Part shown: positions 44,192 through 48,920 of the stretch, piece by piece
How the letters are laid out: each line of letters begins with the position of its first letter
Position numbering within the stretch: the first letter of the stretch is position 1
Source: a virus
Lineage: Duplodnaviria; Caudoviricetes
Reading direction: 5' to 3' (one strand)
DNA length: 48,920 nt
IMG/VR virus record: IMGVR_UViG_3300017700_000656
Coordinates: 1-48,920 of that record
Program-made: the position numbers and the translations under genes
The notes under the pieces: model-generated
Database searches by the model: none
What the model was told of the DNA's origin: nothing
The model's input: only the letters and a program-made list of their open reading frames with translations

Positions 44192-45290
44192 ACACCCGGC
44201 CCTGCGTCGTGATCATCGCGTCCAGCTGCGTTTCGAGGGTGGCGAATTCGCGCGCCAGGCGTTCGCGTTCCTTGTCGGCGCTGTCGGCGCGCAAGTCGTC
44301 CGGTTGCACTCCGGCCAGGAGCCGGCGCCCGCGTTCGACAATCGCCCGCGTGGCGGCGTCGTTCGTGAGGTCGCAACCGTCAAACAGATCAAAGAATTCG
44401 CGCGCGTTCTCCACGGCCGAATCCCGGAATACCTTGCGCTTGCCGTCGGCGGCCGGCGTCAACCGTTCGGCCAGCTTCGCCACGAGGTCGCGGACCTTCA
44501 CCCGCAAGCCGGCGCGGGCTGCCTCCATCGCCTCGGCAAACGATTCGCGGATCTCGGCGGCCTGTCGGTTGTACTGCTCGATGCTCAATCGCTGCAGGGC
44601 CTTCGGGGCGCCGATTTCGAGCCATTGCCGGCGGCCTCGGAATGCTTCGCGCACGGTGCCAGGCTCGGGATAGTTCTTCGCCTCGAACTGTGGGCCCAGC
44701 CGGCGCCGGGCGTCGTCCACCGCGCGCGGCCAATCCTCGATGAAGCGGTCCACGAGTCGCGGGCGCTCAATCGACACGTACGCAAAAATCTTGGCGTCCA
44801 CGTCATCAAAGGATGTGAATTTCACGAGCCGCGTACCAGACTTGAAAAGGGGCGCCGGCACGCTGCGATCTTCGAGCCATCGCCGGATCGCACCGTCGGC
44901 GCTGTGGATGGCATCCAGGGCGGCCGATTCTACGATGGCCTTCCCAAGCCGTAACATGCCCTTATCGGCGTCGGTCTTGATTTCACCCATGACGCCACGC
45001 CGCGAGGTCCCAAAACAGCAAAGCTCCAAGCGAAGTGCCATCGCGTTCTCGAAGGGTGAATCATTCGCGGGCTCAATCTCGGCGCCAGTGGCCACGGCGG
45101 CCGCGATTACCTCGGCGCGCGTCGGGGCGTCTTCGTCGGGGTCGGCGCTGGCGCGCGTGGCGTCTTCGGCGTCGTCTTCCATCGCTTGCAGGATCGAAGC
45201 GGTCACCGCTTCGGCCGGGCTCGGGTCTTCTTGCATCGCCTCACGTAGTACGTCAAGCGGGTCGAGGTCTAACATCGTTCCTTGTGTCAT
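44175..45290 (-). CDS. Helical protein, DUF3150-like (371 aa), ending RVYGEDY
   Basis: AAGGAG RBS; LG..F....YP....V...F pattern; downstream of the AAA cluster. Confidence 0.7.
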   Translation of the reverse strand: MTQGTMLDLDPLDVLREAMQEDPSPAEAVTASILQAMEDDAEDATRASADPDEDAPTRAEVIAAAVATGAEIEPANDSPFENAMALRLELCCFGTSRRGVMGEIKTDADKGMLRLGKAIVESAALDAIHSADGAIRRWLEDRSVPAPLFKSGTRLVKFTSFDDVDAKIFAYVSIERPRLVDRFIEDWPRAVDDARRRLGPQFEAKNYPEPGTVREAFRGRRQWLEIGAPKALQRLSIEQYNRQAAEIRESFAEAMEAARAGLRVKVRDLVAKLAERLTPAADGKRKVFRDSAVENAREFFDLFDGCDLTNDAATRAIVERGRRLLAGVQPDDLRADSADKERERLAREFATLETQLDAMITTQGRVYGEDY

Positions 45291-45403
45291 CGGTTTTCTC
45301 CTTGTGGCCTGCCCTCATCAGGCGCCGGGCGGCCAATCCCGGCACGACGGGCCGCGCGCTTTCCTACCCCCGCGCGCGGCCGTTTCGGCAGTTGCCGATC
45401 CGT

Positions 45404-45610
45404 CTACTCGTGCGAGTGAATCACCCCGTTCGCGTGCTGGTGCTGGTGCGTGCTGCCGGCCTTGCGCTGCCGGCCCACGGTACCGCCGGCCAGGGTCGTC
45501 ACGTCCTTTAGGAATGCTTCGGCGCTCTGGTGGTTCGGGCCGCTGATCGGGTCCGTCTCCGTTTTGATCGTGCCATCGTCCAGGATGGTGATCTTCATGG
45601 TGTCGGCCAT
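45404..45610 (-). CDS. DUF2997-like small protein (68 aa)
   Basis: ITILDDGTIKTET..ISG pattern; TAATG coupling; His-rich tail. Confidence 0.7.
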   Translation of the reverse strand: MADTMKITILDDGTIKTETDPISGPNHQSAEAFLKDVTTLAGGTVGRQRKAGSTHQHQHANGVIHSHE

Positions 45611-45921
45611 TACTTGGATACCTCGTATTGAAAGGCGCCGGTCTGCTTCAACTGCCAACCGTTGCGGCTGGCGGTATAGATCACGACTTGCGCCGAATAG
45701 TGCTGTTTGACTAGGGCGGCGGTCTTCTGCAGGTCGAGATCGCCGGCCGTGTTGGATTGCAGTTCACCCCCGACGAATCGGTACAGGTGCCCGCCGTGGC
45801 GGAACCATGTTTGATTCTCGTCGCGCACGTCGATCCCCATGGCGCCCAGGGCGCGGCCGCGAAGGATCGGGTTCATCTTCGGGACGCTGATCGTGTTGGT
45901 TTGTACGGTGTCGCATGGCAT
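45610..45921 (-). CDS. DUF1257/Ycf35-like protein (103 aa)
   Basis: L..AL..MG...KQHYS...A.RNGW pattern; lies between the AAA ATPase and the DUF2997-like gene. Confidence 0.65.
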   Translation of the reverse strand: MPCDTVQTNTISVPKMNPILRGRALGAMGIDVRDENQTWFRHGGHLYRFVGGELQSNTAGDLDLQKTAALVKQHYSAQVVIYTASRNGWQLKQTGAFQYEVSK

Positions 45922-45932
45922 GGCGTTGGCTC

Positions 45933-47519
45933 CTAGTCGTACAGGCGTTTGGTTGCCGGCGCGACACCTGAGGGACTATCGCCGGGGTTCTGGTAGGGGC
46001 CGCCGTGGGTGGCGTCCAAGAAAGCGCCGTGCGCCTGCTGGCGCATCGCGTCCAGGCCGGCCTTGTCCGCGATGGCCACGGGTACGATCGTCCGCGCGGC
46101 GTGCTGCAAGCTGCAGCGCAACCGATAGGCGGCGCGGCAACAATTGCGGACTTCGGCCGGCGTCCAATTGCGGGCCTCGGGCGTCAAGTCGTCGGCGCTG
46201 ATTTCGTATTTCGTCCGGTAGTAGTCCCAAACCGGTGCAAGGGCGTCGGCACCCATGAGATCGAAAAACCAAATGCCATCGGTAAACCGGCGGCGAAGCG
46301 GCGCCGGAATGGTGGCCATACCGTTGCAGCTGGCCAGGAAATACACCCGGGTTCCGCCGATGGCGTACAGGGTTTTCATGCAATTTCGTACAGCCTGCTC
46401 GGACTGGCCCACAAGGGAGCCCTTCACGGCGCCCAGGTCGAGCGTGAGACACGGCAGATCGTAGGACTTGGCCAGGGCGCGCGATAGCAGGGACTTGCCG
46501 GAACCGGGTACGCCGAATCCGATTAGCCCGGTCCATTCGTAATCCTCCATACTGGTGAGCACGGTCGATAGAATGTCTTGTGATACCCCGGTGTTGTCGC
46601 CCTTGGCGCCTCCGAGTTGCTTTTCGAGTTCCTCGAAGCGGACGATGACGGCCGGCGCTTCGCGGCCTTCGCACGTCGCGCGCAGCTGCTCCACAATGGC
46701 ATCCAAGCCGCGCACGTCGGCCAGGCTCTCGCGCGTCTTCTCCACCACGAGCCCGCGCGTCTGCGCGATGTAGGCATTTTTTCGATCCCACAATAGATCA
46801 TGGTCGAGCCCGCGACGGTTGCGGAGTGATAGCGCGGTAGTCTGCTCGGCCGGGAATCGCGCCAGGCCGGCCAGCGCGGCGCCGGCCTTGGCAATGGCGT
46901 CGTCATCGGGCGCCGTCCATGGCGTACCGTCGACGTTCTTGGCGGCCTTCGAGTTGCCGAAATTCTCGATCTCCGCGCGTACAAGTTGCGTGAGCTCGTC
47001 AACGGTCGGTAACGGGTCGTTGATCACCTGCGTATCTTGCGCAAGGGCCGCCGGCAACTGCCACGAGGGCGCGAATAGAATCGCGGTTCGCCGGTTGCCC
47101 TTGAACGGGTCGCGCAAGTTAGCAAACCCTTGCACCGCTTGTGCGTTGTCCATGAGGGCATCGGCCGCCCAATACAGGAAGATCGCGCCGTTGGTCTGCG
47201 GCCGGTCCTCGTATGCCATCTTGAGGGCTTCGATGGGGTTTACGTCGGGCCGTACGCCGGGCAAGCCTAGCGGATCGGCCGGTCCCAACATCGCGGCCAG
47301 GGCGGCGCGGCCTTGGTCGTTGATCGGAAAGTAGCCGCGCACCATGTCCCAACCAATGATCGGCGGGACGTTTTCGCGCGTCTGCTTCTTGTTCTTCTCG
47401 GGGTCGTATTCATCGCCCAGGGCGGCCGCCGCTGCGTACGGGTCGGCGGTGGCCACGGCGATCAACGGGGTTGAGACGGCGCGCGCCTCTCGAATGCGGG
47501 TCAAGGTGTCGCGCGTCAT
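45933..47519 (-). CDS. Ycf46-like AAA+ ATPase with rearranged Walker motifs (528 aa)
   Basis: GVPGSGKS, LDLGAVKGSLVGQSE, sensor-1 LASCN, LRRRF; Ycf46-like N-domain (WDMVRG). Confidence 0.88.
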   Translation of the reverse strand: MTRDTLTRIREARAVSTPLIAVATADPYAAAAALGDEYDPEKNKKQTRENVPPIIGWDMVRGYFPINDQGRAALAAMLGPADPLGLPGVRPDVNPIEALKMAYEDRPQTNGAIFLYWAADALMDNAQAVQGFANLRDPFKGNRRTAILFAPSWQLPAALAQDTQVINDPLPTVDELTQLVRAEIENFGNSKAAKNVDGTPWTAPDDDAIAKAGAALAGLARFPAEQTTALSLRNRRGLDHDLLWDRKNAYIAQTRGLVVEKTRESLADVRGLDAIVEQLRATCEGREAPAVIVRFEELEKQLGGAKGDNTGVSQDILSTVLTSMEDYEWTGLIGFGVPGSGKSLLSRALAKSYDLPCLTLDLGAVKGSLVGQSEQAVRNCMKTLYAIGGTRVYFLASCNGMATIPAPLRRRFTDGIWFFDLMGADALAPVWDYYRTKYEISADDLTPEARNWTPAEVRNCCRAAYRLRCSLQHAARTIVPVAIADKAGLDAMRQQAHGAFLDATHGGPYQNPGDSPSGVAPATKRLYD

Positions 47520-48097
47520 CGGTACACCGCCACGGGTTCAACTAACAGGAAGATATCGGCCGGGCCGTTGTCGTCGCCGTCTTCGTCGTCGTTGTCAACG
47601 GTCTTGTTTGGGCGCTCGGTCTTGATAGCCTCGCGGCGCGCGTCGGCGGCCTCGTTGGCCTCGTGGCGCGTCGGGTAAACGCCCAGGATGATCCATGGGA
47701 ATTCTGAGCCGTGTTCTTCTTCAATCAGGGCGTAGCCGGTGGCGTCGTCGCCGTCGGCCGCCGTGCGTGGCGTGGTGCCGACGATGCCGGAAATATCCTG
47801 TATCGCGTCCGCGCACGAGTTGAGCTCTCGCCACTCGCCGGCCGGGTCCACGAGAACCGCGCGCACGGCGGCCAGGTCGCGGGCCTCGTGGCAATTGCAC
47901 GCCGGCAGCTGGCGGCGCTTCATCGTCGGATCGCCGGCCGCGCGGTAGGCGTGGCGTACGGCGCCCTCGGCGCTCTTGATGGCGCTTCGGATCTTCGTCA
48001 AGGTGTTCGGCGCGTGGGCGATGATCGCGTGTTCGCGCGCGGTCTTCAGCCGTTCGATCACGGTTTCAAGGGCGGCGATCGCGTGTGGGTTATCCAT
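47516..48097 (-). CDS. Hypothetical protein (193 aa)
   Basis: AAGGTG RBS; coupled ORF. Confidence 0.7.
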   Translation of the reverse strand: MDNPHAIAALETVIERLKTAREHAIIAHAPNTLTKIRSAIKSAEGAVRHAYRAAGDPTMKRRQLPACNCHEARDLAAVRAVLVDPAGEWRELNSCADAIQDISGIVGTTPRTAADGDDATGYALIEEEHGSEFPWIILGVYPTRHEANEAADARREAIKTERPNKTVDNDDEDGDDNGPADIFLLVEPVAVYR

Positions 48098-48227
48098 TGC
48101 GCCGCACCTTTCCGATCAACCAAGCGGCCAGGCGGCCACCGTAGATCGCGGCGCCGGCCGCGAGAATGGCAACGGCTTGCGGGCCGGCGCCGGCTAGTTC
48201 GTGGTGTTTCCGTTCGTGGTGTGTCAT
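48090..48227 (-). CDS. Small single-TM protein (45 aa)
   Basis: AGGAG RBS before the ATG at 48227; hydrophobic segment AVAILAAGAAIYGG. Confidence 0.55.
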   Translation of the reverse strand: MTHHERKHHELAGAGPQAVAILAAGAAIYGGRLAAWLIGKVRRNG

Positions 48228-48244
48228 CGGGTTTTCTGCTCCTG

Positions 48245-48553
48245 CTAGGTGTTGACGGTCTTCGCGGCGCGCAACATGCGCGCGAGTGGGCTTGGTTCGG
48301 TCACGGTCGCCGGGCCGCCGTTTTGCGCGGCTATTTTGATGCCGGCGTCCATGCGGTACAGCACAATCGTTGGGTGCTCCTGCTCGGGCCGGCACTCGAA
48401 CGAAATACGGCCGGCCTTGCCGTTGGGGAATCGAAACTGGATGATCGTTTCGTGTGGGCCGGCCTCGCGGTTGGCCTCACAGTAGACGCGCACGGTGGCG
48501 CGCGGGTGGCGCTTGCGGCGCTTCCGGGGCGCGGTGTCGCGGCGGGCGCTCAT
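48245..48553 (-). CDS. Basic hypothetical protein (102 aa)
   Basis: ATGA-coupled ORF. Confidence 0.7.
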   Translation of the reverse strand: MSARRDTAPRKRRKRHPRATVRVYCEANREAGPHETIIQFRFPNGKAGRISFECRPEQEHPTIVLYRMDAGIKIAAQNGGPATVTEPSPLARMLRAAKTVNT

Positions 48554-48920
48554 CGGCCGCCCTCGGGTTCGGTCAATCGGTAGACGCTGCGGCGCGGGCG
48601 CCCAAAGCTGGCGCGGGCCTCAATTGCCGCATCGGCCACGAGCTCGGCCAGATCGCCGGCCTCGGCTCGAATCGCGCGGGCCAATTCGCGCGCGGTCAAG
48701 AGCTCGTGATCACCGTTCGCGCGTTCCTGCGGCGTCCGCGCGATGGCATAGGCCAGGCGGAACAATGCGCGCGGGCTCGTGGTGGCCAGTGGGGCGCCGC
48801 AAGCATCGCAATAAACGCCCTCTGGGTATTCGTCAAGGTCGGTTGATTCGGCCTTGGCGTTGTCGACGTTCGGCGCGTCGGCCGTTCGACATTGCCGTGA
48901 GCAGTACGTAAACACGTTAA
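48550..48920 (-). CDS. 3' part of the junction-spanning protein (CSRQC...CDACG Zn-finger-like)
   Basis: Open to the window end and in frame with 124-190. Confidence 0.7.
   Translation of the reverse strand, partial: NVFTYCSRQCRTADAPNVDNAKAESTDLDEYPEGVYCDACGAPLATTSPRALFRLAYAIARTPQERANGDHELLTARELARAIRAEAGDLAELVADAAIEARASFGRPRRSVYRLTEPEGGR
48798..48920. repeat. Terminal direct repeat, right copy
   Basis: Identical to 1-123. Confidence 0.97.

Overview
This is a complete, circularly assembled high-GC tailed-phage genome of about 48,797 bp. Bases 1-123 are repeated exactly at 48798-48920, and one minus-strand ORF reads cleanly across the junction. The plus strand (about 3.2-32.0 kb) carries the late module: TerS, TerL, portal, scaffold, HK97-type major capsid protein (MCP), decoration/fibre genes, adaptor and nozzle-like proteins, ejection-type proteins and a lysis-like cassette. 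I see no tape measure, tube or sheath gene, so a podovirus-like virion is likely. The minus strand (32.0 kb through the junction to 1.8 kb) carries a tightly coupled early module: Ycf46-like AAA ATPase with DUF1257/DUF2997-like partners, truncated N6-MTase-like protein, J-domain protein, YqaJ exonuclease, Cas4-like nuclease, annealing protein, helicase-loader-like protein, DUF1064 nuclease and an M15 peptidase. I recognise no integrase, repressor, polymerase, primase, helicase, ParA/ParB or CRISPR array. The most striking observation is a candidate self-mimic or decoy system. ORF 9708-10268 strings together short look-alikes of the phage's own terminase Walker A, capsid and portal motifs, and two twin-arginine-signal ORFs (3247-3953) carry capsid-like fragments. 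Also notable: a shared C-terminal R-x-Y-x-[DE]-D tag, signal peptides on fibre-like and capsid proteins, an AAA domain with rearranged Walker motifs, an atypical tRNA-fMet, a second tRNA-like RNA, a parS box, and a possible large structured RNA next to the tRNA. All family assignments come from motif recognition by eye; no searches were run.
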